64,000 nt of DNA. Source: an uncultured Actinomycetes bacterium. Its GTDB lineage: Bacteria; Actinomycetota; Thermoleophilia; UBA2241. The position numbers and the translations under genes are program-made. Below, one piece after another: positions 9,996 through 20,262 of the stretch. The stretch covers positions 288,001 to 352,000 of the forward strand of contig CAVRZA010000006.1 of the NCBI GenBank assembly GCA_963725665.1, written 5' to 3'. A model generated the notes under the pieces. It did not search any database. It was not told the origin of the DNA and worked only from the letters and a program-made list of their open reading frames with translations. Numbering within the stretch: position 1 is the first letter of the stretch; every line of letters starts with the position of its first letter.

Positions 9996-10874
9996 ATGCG
10001 CTACGTCGGCTCCGTCATCCGCCCCCCCAGCGAAGCATCAAGCCTCATCGTGCAGGTCACCTACGGTTGCTCCAACGCGACCTGCGACTTCTGCGCCACC
10101 TACCTCGACAAGCCCTTCGGCATCCGGCCCTTCGCCGAGATCGCCGCAGACGTCCGCGGTCTGACACCTGGGGTCAAGGAGAGGACGCGGCGCGTCTTCC
10201 TCGCCGACGGCGATGCCGTCGCGCTCTCGCCGCGCCGCCTGCACGAGATCCTCGAGCTGCTGCATGCCGAGCTGCCGCGGCTCGAGCGCGTAAGCTCCTA
10301 CGCCAACGCCCGGAACCTCCTGCGCAAGAGCGTCGGGGAGCTGCGCTCACTGCGCGAGGCTGGGCTGCAGCTCGTCTACCTGGGTCTGGAGTCGGGAGAC
10401 GACGAGACCCTGCGGGCGATCCACAAGGGCGTGACTGTGGCCGAACAGATAGAGGGCTGTCGCAGAGCGACGGAGGCGGGCATAGGGTTATCCATCACCG
10501 CCATCCTCGGGCTCGCCGGCGCCGAGCGCTCACTGATCCACGCACGCGCCACCGGCGAGGCGCTCTCGGCCATCGACCCCGAGTTCATCGGCGTGCTCAC
10601 CCTCATGGTCGTGCGCGGCACGGGCATGGCCTCCCGAGTCGCAAGCGGCGAGTTCGCCGCCCCCGACGTGCTCGGCATGCTGCGCGAGCTACGCGAGATC
10701 GTCGCGTCCACCGAGGTCAGCGACTGCCTCTTCCGCTCGAACCACGCCTCGAACTACCTGCCCGTCGGTGGCCGGCTCCCCGACGACAAGCGGGCCATGC
10801 TCGCCGCCCTCGACGCCGCCCTGGCGACCCCCGAAGCGGCCGCCCTGCGACCCGAGGCTTGGCGGCTGCTCTAG
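9996..10874 (+). CDS. Radical SAM protein, function unknown
   Basis: IRPPSEA.S, GCSNATCDFC, FLADGDA, GLESG, FRSNHASNY. Confidence 0.9.
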   Translation: MRYVGSVIRPPSEASSLIVQVTYGCSNATCDFCATYLDKPFGIRPFAEIAADVRGLTPGVKERTRRVFLADGDAVALSPRRLHEILELLHAELPRLERVSSYANARNLLRKSVGELRSLREAGLQLVYLGLESGDDETLRAIHKGVTVAEQIEGCRRATEAGIGLSITAILGLAGAERSLIHARATGEALSAIDPEFIGVLTLMVVRGTGMASRVASGEFAAPDVLGMLRELREIVASTEVSDCLFRSNHASNYLPVGGRLPDDKRAMLAALDAALATPEAAALRPEAWRLL

Positions 10875-10889
10875 CAGTCTCCGCGAACG

Positions 10890-11234
10890 CTAGGCGCTGG
10901 AGTCGTCGCGGTCGAGCAGGTGTGAGCCGTACCCGCGGTTGAAGCGGGTGGCGGCGTACTTGCGCTGCTTCCACTCGGGGATGCTGCACTGGGGGCAGGC
11001 GGCGAAGAACCACTTGTTGCGCAGCCAGCGTGCGGCACGGCTGTTCTTAGAGTCGTGGATGACCATGCGCTTGTTGCAGTGCGTCGTGACGTGAGCGTAG
11101 GAGCCGTGCACCTCGAACTCGCGCACGCCGTGCAGTACCCCACGGCGCGAGGGCCAGAGCTTCATCTTCGCGACGAGCCTGAACAGGGGGACTTGCTTTC
11201 GGTAGTAGACGCGCTTGTCGGGGTCTGTGGGCAT
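10890..11234 (-). CDS. pylSn: Pyrrolysyl-tRNA synthetase N-terminal subunit
   Basis: KMKLWPSRRGVLHG, THC, SKNSRAARWLRNKW, CPQC.IPEWK. Confidence 0.95.
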   Translation of the reverse strand: MPTDPDKRVYYRKQVPLFRLVAKMKLWPSRRGVLHGVREFEVHGSYAHVTTHCNKRMVIHDSKNSRAARWLRNKWFFAACPQCSIPEWKQRKYAATRFNRGYGSHLLDRDDSSA

Positions 11235-11433
11235 CGCCTGTCGTCCGCCGGCTGGTAGTGCGTGATCACGCTTGATTCTAGCAGGCGGCACGAGCGGAAG
11301 GCAGGGACCGGTTCGGCGGTCAAACGGCTGCGAGATCGGATCCGGCCATCACCTCACATCGCGGCGATCGCCGGCCGAAGAGGAGCTACCCGGGACCCCG
11401 CGAACTGGTGAGCGGGCGGATTGGAGGTCGACG

Positions 11434-12339
11434 ATGAAGAGAGTCCACTGGTTGATCGTGACCGCGGCGATGATCATGGCGGTCGGGCTGGTCGCCGGCT
11501 GCGGCGGCTCATCGCCAGGCGCCACGCCGAGCGGCGCCGAGACGACGAGCGCCCCGGCGACGAGCGAGCCGCCGCAGACGACCAGCCCGACCACGACCGC
11601 CACGCAATCCCCCTCCCCCTCGTCCACTAGGACGCTGACGGTGGCGCTCTACTTCCTGCGCGGCGAGTATGTGGGAGTGGCGCACCGCACGATCCCGCAC
11701 ACGCTGGCCACCGGCAGCGCGGCGATGAAGCTGCTCGTCGCGGGACCGAACGCCGCCGAGAAGTCGGCCGGCCTGGGAACGACGATCCCCGCCGGGACCG
11801 AGTTCCTGGGACTCGTCGTCAAGAACGGCATCGCCACCGTCGATCTGTCGAGCACCTTCGCCAGCGGCGGCGGCAGCTTGTCGATGTTCACGCGGCTGGC
11901 TGAGGTCGTCTACACGCTCACCCAGTTCCCGTCTGTGAAGGGAGTCAACTTCAAGCTCGACGGCGAGAAGGTGACCGTCTTCAGCGCCGAGGGGATCGCC
12001 CTCGACCACCCGCAGACGCGCGCCGACTACGAGGAGCAGACCCCGGCGATCCTCGTCGAGAACCCGGCCGTCGGTGACACGGTCTCGAGTCCCATGCGCC
12101 TCAGCGGGACGGCCAACGTGTTCGAGGCGGTCTTCCAGATGAAGCTCGTCGACGCCAACGGCAAGATCCTCGCCAAGGGCATGGTCCAGGCGACCTCGGG
12201 GACCGGCACCAGGGGCACCTTCTCGACGCCCGTGCTCTTCGCCCCCACCACGCCGACTGGCAAGCTGATCGTCTACGAGGTCTCGATGAAGGACGGTTCG
12301 GCCATGAACGTGGTGAGGATCCCGCTGGCGTTCAAGTAA
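11434..12339 (+). CDS. GerMN + Gmad2 domain lipoprotein
   Basis: Lipobox VAGC, Ser/Thr/Pro linker, LVAGP..E..G, GGGS, VYTLTQF, GTANVFEA. Confidence 0.85.
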   Translation: MKRVHWLIVTAAMIMAVGLVAGCGGSSPGATPSGAETTSAPATSEPPQTTSPTTTATQSPSPSSTRTLTVALYFLRGEYVGVAHRTIPHTLATGSAAMKLLVAGPNAAEKSAGLGTTIPAGTEFLGLVVKNGIATVDLSSTFASGGGSLSMFTRLAEVVYTLTQFPSVKGVNFKLDGEKVTVFSAEGIALDHPQTRADYEEQTPAILVENPAVGDTVSSPMRLSGTANVFEAVFQMKLVDANGKILAKGMVQATSGTGTRGTFSTPVLFAPTTPTGKLIVYEVSMKDGSAMNVVRIPLAFK

Positions 12340-12362
12340 GACGAGGAACGCCCGCGGCAACG

Positions 12363-12399
12363 CGCGAGGGCCCCGGGAGCGACGCTCCCGGGGCCTTCG
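12363..12399. terminator. Hairpin between convergent genes
   Basis: gcgagggccccgggagc-gac-gctcccggggccttcgc. Confidence 0.6.
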
Positions 12400-12430
12400 C
12401 TCACCCGCCCTGGACCCGGCGCTCGCCCCC

Positions 12431-13625
12431 TCAGGCGCTCTTCACCTTCGTCCAGCACTGCGTGTAGTAGTCCATGAACGCACCGACGTCGTTCACGACC
12501 TCGCCGTACGAGAGCTGAGCCCCGGTCGGGTAGGCCTTGATCAGGATCTTGCTCTTCACGTGCTCGTAGGCCTTGGGCACGGGTGAGAGATACCACACGT
12601 AGTCAACCAGGTCGGCAGCATTCTTCGGCTCGAAAAGGAAGTTCATCAACAGGTGGGCGCCGTAGGGGCTGTTCGCCCCCTTCGGGATGCAGAGGTTGTC
12701 GATCCAGATGGTGTAGCGGGGCTTCGGCATGACGAAGGCCAGCTTGTCGAAGCCGATCTGGTCCTGCACGATGAGCGTGTCGGCGTTGAAGGCGTGCACC
12801 AGCGCGACGCCCTGTGTCATGTAGCGCTTCATGCTGTTGGTGTCGTAGGCGTTCACCAGGGGCTTCTGCTTGATCAGCTTCTTGGTCGCCGCATCGAGCT
12901 GCGCCGTGTCGGTCGAGTTCAATGAGTAGCCGAGGACAGCCAGCCCGGCACCCATCGTCTCGCGCATCTCGTTGTCCATGTTGATCTGGCCCTTCCAGGC
13001 CGGGTCCCACATGATCGTCCAGTCGGTCACAGGCTGCTTCACCTTGTCGAGGCGCACGCCGATGCCGGTCGTGCCCCACTGGTAGGGCACGCTGTACTTG
13101 AGGCCGCCGTTTTCCGTCTTGTTGTCGTACACCGGGTCCTGCAGCTTGGCTTCCACGTTCGAGAAGTTGGGGATGTAGCTCATGTTCAAGGGCTCAAGGA
13201 GGCCTGTCTTGATCATGATGTGAACCATGTAGTCAGACGGGCAGATGAGGTCGTAGCCCACCGCACCCGCCTTGAGCTTGGAGAGCAGCGCCTCGTTGTC
13301 GTCGAAGTAGGTCTCGACCAGCGTGATGCCCGTCTCCTTCTTGAAGTTCTTCACGGTCGCGGGAGCCAGATAGTCGGACCAGTTGAAGAAGTTGAGCTTG
13401 GTCGGCACCGTGGTGTCCATCGCCGACGGCGACGTGGGCGTGCTCGACGTCGACGAGGACCCGCAGGCGGAGAGCACTGCAGCCACCCCCGTGACCGAAA
13501 GGCCCATGACCAGGGCTCGCTCGATGAACGTATGCCTGGCTGATGCGCCCGTGCTTGACCTCGTCGATCAGCCCCGTGAGGTCCTTCCCACTGCAGACGT
13601 TCGCGGGCTCGGTCGAATCAGCCAT
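12431..13625 (-). CDS. PotD/PotF-like polyamine-binding lipoprotein (apparent 1-nt frameshift near 13537)
   Basis: FNWSDY, SVPYQWGTTG, WIDNLCIPK; upstream frame (LIDEVKHGRIS) matches the N-terminus of the paralog at 62716-63885. Confidence 0.85.
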
Positions 13626-13893
13626 ATCCCCCACTCCCCCTCACAGGTCCCTTCGCCAGGCTCGCTCGCCGCCCCGAACATACTACACAACAGAGACCGG
13701 CGCGGGGGCACCCGCGGACGAGGTGTGACAGCGCGCAGGCAGGTGCCCGCCCTGCTTGTCGCTTCGGGCACTAGGCGGAGTTGCGACCGACCCACTTCTC
13801 GCAGTTGGCGCGGCAGATCGTCACGAGAACGGCCTCATTCTTGGCGTTGGAGCACGAATACCGTACTCTCGTCTACGTCAGGAAGGAGGACGG

Positions 13894-14358
13894 ATGGCTC
13901 GCGCGCCGCTCGACGACACCGACCGACGCATCATCATGCATCTTCAAGAGGATGGCAGACGGCCCTATACGACCATCGCCGCCGATCTGGGCCTTTCTGA
14001 GGCCAGCATCCGCCAGCGTGTTGCCCGGCTGGTGCAGCGCAAGGTGATCCAGATCGTGGCCGCCAGCAACCCCCTGGATCTCGGCCTGCAGAAAGCCGAG
14101 CTGGGAATAGCGGTGATCGACGCCTCACCCACACGGCTCGCGGAGGAGATCGCAGCCTTCCCTGAGGTCGACTTCGTCGCCATCTGCGCCGGCTCGTTCG
14201 ACCTTATCGTCGGGGTCATCTTCCGCGACCGTGAGGAGCTGTTCGAGGTCCTGGTCAACAAGGTACGCGGCCTGTCCGGCGTCGCGCGCGTCGACGTCTT
14301 CCTCCATCTCAGAGTCGTGAAGGACACCTACGAATGGCCACCTGCCGCCGTGTCCTGA
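13894..14358 (+). CDS. Lrp/AsnC family regulator
   Basis: LDDTDRRII..LQEDGR...IA..LGLSE; SD aaggagg. Confidence 0.92.
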   Translation: MARAPLDDTDRRIIMHLQEDGRRPYTTIAADLGLSEASIRQRVARLVQRKVIQIVAASNPLDLGLQKAELGIAVIDASPTRLAEEIAAFPEVDFVAICAGSFDLIVGVIFRDREELFEVLVNKVRGLSGVARVDVFLHLRVVKDTYEWPPAAVS

Positions 14359-14653
14359 TGCGAGGACGGCGGCAGAAGCGTTAGACCACTGGTCATTCAA
14401 GACCCATCCTTATCGTCGCCCTATCCTGGCGAGCGACACGAATAGTGATGTCTTGCCTGGCCACCATACACGAATATCGTGTCGTTCTGCTGTTGACACT
14501 CCCGCTGCTTCGGAACAGAGTTCAGGCCGAGGGGCGGATGTCATTTGCGCTCCCGCGAGAAGCGCGACCGTGGCACACCGAACCGCGTCCGTAAGCGGTG
14601 AGGACAGCAGACTGGCGAGCTTCGCGAGTGCCTGGATCATGGAGGAGGGTGGG

Positions 14654-16435
14654 GTGCACTTCTACACAGGCAACGTGCTCAGGATCGATCTCAGCGCAGG
14701 CATCAGCAGGGTGGAGCCGCTCAAGATGGAGTACGCGCGGCTCTATATCGGCGGCAAGGGCCTCCTGCTCCGCTACATGTGGGACGAGGTCGAGCCGGGG
14801 CTCGACCCCTGGTCGCCCGAGAACCCTCTCTACCTTGTGACCGGCCCCTTCGCCGGGACGAACGTGACCACGTCGTCACGACTCGTAGTGGGCTGTAAGA
14901 GTCCGAAGACCGGCCTCTTCAACGACAGCTACGTCGGCGGCTCCTTTGCCCCTGAGATGAAGTTTGCCGGCTACGACATGATCGTCGTCACGGGAAAGGC
15001 ACCAGAACCCATCCTCGTCACCGTTCGCGACGACGTGGTGGAGTTTCAGACGGCAGGACAGTACTGGGGCATGAAGACATCCGAGATCGAGGAAGCGGTG
15101 CGGCGCGACTTCGACGCGGACGCGAAGGTGCTGTCGATCGGACCGGCGGGCGAGAACCTGATCACCTATTCGTGCATCTCGACCGACCAGTACCACAAGG
15201 CTGGCCGGGCCGGGCCGGGCGCAGTGATGGGGGCCAAGAACCTGAAGGCGATCGCGATCCGAGGCACGGGCAGGGTCACCGTGGGCAACGCGCGTGCCTT
15301 CCTGGAAGACATCCGGCGCATCCACAAGGAGTACATCCTCACCGACGACAACTTGTGGGCCCACGAGGAAGGCACCCCGATCCTCGTCGACATCATCAAT
15401 GGCGGCGGCGCTCTCCCCACCCGCCACTACTCGACGGGATCGTTCGAGGGCGCTACGAAGCTCAACTCTGAGTCGTTCCAGAAGATCCGCGTCAAAAAGC
15501 GCGCCTGCTACCAGTGCGCCATCGCGTGTCGCAACTTTCACGCCGTGCCGGGCGCGCGTGGTGAGGGCCCCGAGTACGAGACCATCGCGCTAGGCGGTGC
15601 GAACTGCGGCATCGATGACATCGGGGCCCTGATGAAGTTCAACGCCGACTGCGACGAGTACGGGCTCGACACGATCTCGACCGGGGCGTGCATCGCCTTG
15701 GCCATGGAGATGACCGAGAAGGGCATCCACGACTTCAGCCTGCGCTTCGGCGAGGTCGACGGCTATGTGAAGGCGGTGCCCCTAATAGCGAAGCGCACGG
15801 GTATCGGTGTCGACCTCTCCCTCGGCGAACGGGCCCTCGCGACGAAGTACGGCCATCCGGAGCTGGCGATGGAGGTCAAGGACCTGGAGTTGCCGGGCTA
15901 CGATCCGCGAGGCGCCTTCGGCATGAGCGTGACATACGCCACCTCCGACCGGGGCGGCTGTCACATGCGATCTTTCCCGGTGGGCCAGGAGATCGTCGCC
16001 GGCACGCTGCCCGCCGACACACTCGAGGGGAAGGCAGACTGGATCATCCGCTCCGGCACCGGGGGACAGGACTTCTTCGCCCTCAAGTTCAGCGGCATCT
16101 GGTGTGACTTCTGGGCCATCGACGTCAATCAGATCTCGCAACTCATGAAGCACGTCTGGGAGCGCGAGGTGAGCGAGGACGAGCTCATGCGCACCGGCGA
16201 GCGCATCTGGAACCTGGGCCGTCTCTTCAACCTGCGCGAAGGGGTGGACGACGACGACCTGCCGGAGCGCATCTTGAGTGAGCCTCACCCCTCGGGCGCG
16301 GCCGCCGGACGCGTGATCGGACGCGAGGCATTCGCAGCTGCCCTGCAGGAGTACTACAGCCTGCGCGGGTGGGACGAGAAGGGCGTGCCGGGCGAGGCCA
16401 AGCTGGCCGCGCTCGGCGTCGACGTCCGCCTCTAG
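14654..16435 (+). CDS. aor: Aldehyde:ferredoxin oxidoreductase (W/Mo-pterin), copy 1
   Basis: KSP.TG, IGPAGEN, MGAKNLKAI, CYQCAIAC, GPEYET, DEYGLDTIS, PGYDPRG, RGGCH. Confidence 0.93.
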   Translation: MHFYTGNVLRIDLSAGISRVEPLKMEYARLYIGGKGLLLRYMWDEVEPGLDPWSPENPLYLVTGPFAGTNVTTSSRLVVGCKSPKTGLFNDSYVGGSFAPEMKFAGYDMIVVTGKAPEPILVTVRDDVVEFQTAGQYWGMKTSEIEEAVRRDFDADAKVLSIGPAGENLITYSCISTDQYHKAGRAGPGAVMGAKNLKAIAIRGTGRVTVGNARAFLEDIRRIHKEYILTDDNLWAHEEGTPILVDIINGGGALPTRHYSTGSFEGATKLNSESFQKIRVKKRACYQCAIACRNFHAVPGARGEGPEYETIALGGANCGIDDIGALMKFNADCDEYGLDTISTGACIALAMEMTEKGIHDFSLRFGEVDGYVKAVPLIAKRTGIGVDLSLGERALATKYGHPELAMEVKDLELPGYDPRGAFGMSVTYATSDRGGCHMRSFPVGQEIVAGTLPADTLEGKADWIIRSGTGGQDFFALKFSGIWCDFWAIDVNQISQLMKHVWEREVSEDELMRTGERIWNLGRLFNLREGVDDDDLPERILSEPHPSGAAAGRVIGREAFAAALQEYYSLRGWDEKGVPGEAKLAALGVDVRL

Positions 16436-16900
16436 GCCCGGCTCGCGAGGGAAAGGGAGAACCAATGCCGCATGTGTTGATCTCGAAGAAGAAGTGCACC
16501 GGCTGCCACATGTGCGAGCTCGCCTGCTCGGCCTGGCACGAGGGTGTCTATCAGCCGTCGCTGGCCCGCCTCAACGTGATCGTCAATCCGACGACGGGCG
16601 TGATCAAGGGCCAGACCTGCGTGCAGACGGCCTGTCATAAGTGCCAGGACGTCTGCCCGCACGAGGCCATCTTCACCAGGGGCGGCGTGCTCTACGTCGA
16701 CGAGGCCAAGTGCAACGCCTGCGCCGACATCGCCGAGGGGCCGCAGTGCGTGCCCGTCTGTCCCTGGGACGTGATGCATATCCACCCGCAGAGCAACAAG
16801 GCCTTCAAGTGCGACCTCTGCGACGGCGATCCGCAGTGCGTCGCCTTCTGCCAGAACCCACACGTGCTGGCCGTCACGCAGAAGGCCGACAAGGCCGACG
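16340..16900 (+). repeat. Left copy of ~560-bp inverted repeat (AOR 3' end + ferredoxin)
   Basis: Reverse complement of 60151-60710; about four differences by eye. Confidence 0.93.
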
Positions 16901-16914
16901 CGGCAGCCGTCTGA
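16465..16914 (+). CDS. 4Fe-4S dicluster electron-transfer subunit of AOR, copy 1
   Basis: CTGCHMCELAC, C...C..C...CP, CNAC...CVPVCP, KCDLC.GDP.C..FC. Confidence 0.92.
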   Translation: MPHVLISKKKCTGCHMCELACSAWHEGVYQPSLARLNVIVNPTTGVIKGQTCVQTACHKCQDVCPHEAIFTRGGVLYVDEAKCNACADIAEGPQCVPVCPWDVMHIHPQSNKAFKCDLCDGDPQCVAFCQNPHVLAVTQKADKADAAAV

Positions 16915-16973
16915 CGGTCGACCGCAGACGCAGATCCAGGAGCACGAAGGAAGAGACCCCCGAAAGGACGACC

Positions 16974-18209
16974 ATGAAGGTACTCGTAGTTGGAGCGGGA
17001 GCCCAAGGCCACGTAGTCACGTGGAACCTGGCGCGGTGTCCGGAGATCAGCGAGATCGTGCTCGGCGACATCGACGAGGCGCGCGCCCGGGCGGTCGCCG
17101 ATCAGGTCGGCGGCGGCAAGACGAGGGCAGTCGCACTCGACGCGTCGAGCGTCGAGGCGGTGAAGAAGGCCGCCGCGGGTGCCAAGCTCGTTATGAACGC
17201 GACCATCCCCGAGTTCAACATGGCGATCCTAGAAGCCTGTCTGGCAGTCGGTGTCGACTACCAGGACATGGCGACCGGTACCCTCGTCGATAAGACCATC
17301 GACGAGGCGACCCTCATGCAGATGGAGCTCGACGAGGACTTCAGGAGGGCCGGCCTTACGATGTTGACGTGCACGGGCATGGACCCCGGTGTCTCGAGCA
17401 CCTTCGCCGGCAACTGCTATGAGGACCTCGACGTCTGCACCGACATCCACATCAGGGACTACGCCGTGCTCGAGAGCCCCGTGGCGCTGCAGATGTGGTC
17501 GGTGTGGACCTACTACACCGACTGCGCCACGCCGCCCCTCACGTTTCAGGACGGCAACTACGTGCGGGCAGAGCCGTTCGGGCTGCGCGAGTTCTACCAG
17601 TTCCCCGAGCCGTTCGGGCGTGGTTGCGTCGTCGCCCACGACCACGAGGAACTGTCGACGATACCGCGCTTCCTGCCCAAGCACTTCGGCGACAAGGGGC
17701 TGAGGAACGTCACCTTCAAGCTCGGTTTCGACGAGGCCGCACTCAATGCCGACGAGGCGTTCGTGGCCAGCGGGATGGCCAGCAAAGAGCCCGTCGTGGT
17801 CAACGGTGTCGAGGTGAGGCCGATCGATGTCTATTGCGCCACGCTGAAGCCCAATCCCTCTCCTGAAGAGATGAGGCGGCTCGTCGAGGCTGGCGAGATC
17901 AAGGACTACGGAATCATCCTGGTCGACGCCTGGGGCCAAAAGGACGGCAAGCCGGCAAAGTGGAACTACAGCGTCTTCACGCCGACCATCCAGTGGATCA
18001 CCGAGCGCATCCCCGGCGCGACGTCGGTGTCGTACGGCACATCGACACCCGCGGCCGTCTACTCGGAGTTCCTCGTGAAGGACATGATCACGCAGAAGGG
18101 ATGCGTCGTGCCGGAGGTCCTGGAGCGGCCGGTACGCGACGCCTTCATCAAGGAGCTGGGCGACCGCGGCTTGCGCGTGACGCGCAGCTTCGAGACGGAG
18201 ATCAACTAA
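16974..18209 (+). CDS. Saccharopine dehydrogenase-like oxidoreductase (carboxyspermidine dehydrogenase family)
   Basis: VVGAGAQG Rossmann motif, GMDPGV, HEE, VVPE. Confidence 0.82.
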   Translation: MKVLVVGAGAQGHVVTWNLARCPEISEIVLGDIDEARARAVADQVGGGKTRAVALDASSVEAVKKAAAGAKLVMNATIPEFNMAILEACLAVGVDYQDMATGTLVDKTIDEATLMQMELDEDFRRAGLTMLTCTGMDPGVSSTFAGNCYEDLDVCTDIHIRDYAVLESPVALQMWSVWTYYTDCATPPLTFQDGNYVRAEPFGLREFYQFPEPFGRGCVVAHDHEELSTIPRFLPKHFGDKGLRNVTFKLGFDEAALNADEAFVASGMASKEPVVVNGVEVRPIDVYCATLKPNPSPEEMRRLVEAGEIKDYGIILVDAWGQKDGKPAKWNYSVFTPTIQWITERIPGATSVSYGTSTPAAVYSEFLVKDMITQKGCVVPEVLERPVRDAFIKELGDRGLRVTRSFETEIN

Positions 18210-18336
18210 CCCCGCCCACGTGGGCCGAGGCGCTTCGTCGCCGGCTACGAGTCCAAGAAGAAGAAGCGAGGCGGGGACGGCCCATATGGGCCGCCCCCGC
18301 TCACGTCGTCACCCGTGGATGCTTGGGGTCACAACC

Positions 18337-19930
18337 CTACTGCACGTCGACGAAGATCGGGTTCGAGTAGAACCACAGGTCGGCCCACGCCTTGGCGGCG
18401 GTGTTCGTGCCCATCCTCATGTCGAGGCGCGGGTTGCCGGCGGCGGTGGTCTGGTTCTTGACGTCCAGGCCGAGGTTCGTGCCACGCAGACGGAAGTACA
18501 TGTCGCTGGTCACATTGTCGGCGGTCGTGGTGATGACGTTGAAGCCCTCGCCGTCGACGGTCCAGTCGGCGGACGTGAAGCGTTGCACCACGTGCGTCGA
18601 CGGGTTGGTCTTGTTGCTCTTGAACTCGGGGCTCGACGGGTCGATCAGGCCCGTCACGTTGCCGGCGATGAGGTCGACGTGATCGACGACCGGCACAGTC
18701 ACCGTGGTAGTTGGTCGCCGGGCTCTTGAAACGGATGGTGATCGTCACGGTCGAACCCGAGCTGACGGCGAGCGTGCCGCCCATCTCGGCCGGCTCACTC
18801 CCCGACGCGGCGGTGAAGTCGAGCTCGTTGATGAGTCCACCCATGGCCGAGAAGGACTTGCCGGCGCGCAGGCCATCGACGATGCCCTGCTGGGTGAACT
18901 CGGCCACCCAGGTGTGGTCCTGGTTGTACTCGCCGGGCCAGAACTCCTCTTCGGGGTTGTGGAAGTCGGAGTCGGCGAAGATCCAGAAGTGGCGGCCTTC
19001 GCCGAGCAGCGCATCCCACACGCCGCCGATCTTGGCTGTGTAGAGGTCCGCCCCGCCGTAGGTGCGCGCCGTGTTGGTGACCGCCCAGCTCACCTTCTTC
19101 ATCTCGGCAGGGCTGTCCTCGTCGAGCGCGCGCCCGTTCTTGTCGAAGAACGAGTCGTAGCCGCCGCGGAACGGCTCCTTCTGGGAGCCGGGGACGCCGG
19201 CCATGCCGAAGCAGACCGTGGGCGCCGCGTTGTTGAAGGTGCGGATCGCTGCGACCGGCCAGCGCAGGTCACGCGAGGGGTGGCTGATGACGCTGTAGGC
19301 GCTGTCGGGGTAGGTGTCTTTGAGAAAGGTCGCACCCGCGACGTACCCCGTCGGGCCTTGGTTCTGCTTGGTCACGCCGAGTACCGCGCGTGAGATGTCG
19401 GGCTCTGGAAGTCGAACTTGTAGATGAAGTCGCTGAGCGAGATCGGCATGTCCTCGATGATCGCCGTCTTGGCCTCAGCGTCCTCCTCACCCTTCGTCAC
19501 GGGGACGCCCCACTCGACGCCCTCGATGATGATCTTGCCGGGGTAGCTCGGCCTGAGCTGCTCAAGGAGCGGCCACTCCAGATCCTTGAGGCTCAGCCAG
19601 ACGTCCATCGACACCTTCACGGGATCCCAATCGACGTTCATGCCCGCGCAGGCGCTTGCCCAGCGGATCGAACGTGGACGGCGCGCCGTGGTCTGCCGTC
19701 CCGATCCAGTCGAGGCCGAACTGCGAGAGGGCGTGCTCCAAAACGGCGGCCTCGGTCTCTTCGCCATCGCTCAGCCAGGTGTGGTTGTGCATGTCGCCGG
19801 CTACCCACTGCCCCGGAAGGGGGGCGGCGCCGGCGGTCCCGCCTTTGACAAGAACGGCGCCGGCCACGACGGCCAGGCCGACGGCAACGATCACCGCCAC
19901 GGCAACGACGGTCTTTCGTGACGAGAACAT
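18337..19930 (-). pseudogene. Secreted PHP-family metallophosphoesterase split by three frameshifts (pseudogene or sequencing error)
   Basis: Signal peptide, GDMHNHTWLSDG, TADHG, GVEW, SHPSR, DSDFH, WFYSNPIFV across four consecutive ORF pieces. Confidence 0.75.
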
Positions 19931-20092
19931 GGTGCCCCTTTCTCGCGGGATGCATGACGGATGAGAAGCCCCTCATTGGGGATGTGCAGTCCCCGAGCTT
20001 CACCGATCGGTAGCGCGGAACCCCTCACCTCCTCCCCCACGAGACGACGCGCGTACCCCGCTCAGGCTTCGCTGCCATCTCGAGTGCCGATT

Positions 20093-20192
20093 GTAGACTG
20101 TCAACTGGGTGTCTGTCGAGGGTCCGACCGAGGACTCGGGCACGGAGACGTTGCCCACTCGCAGCGCTCCTGATAGATTGTCGACTGTCGAC
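20093..20192. promoter_or_regulatory. Two copies of the putative GntR operator
   Basis: GTAGACTGTCAAC 20093-20105; GTCGACTGTCGAC 20180-20192. Confidence 0.65.
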
Positions 20193-20262
20193 TTAGCGAG
20201 GCCCAGGCGGCGCACGATCGGCGGCGCCGCGGCCGGACCAACGGCTACGAGGAGTCCTCCCC

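Noticed and set aside
16433-16467. AOR-ferredoxin fusion by TAG read-through
   Set aside because: The gap is 29 nt in copy 1 and 28 nt in copy 2, out of frame in both
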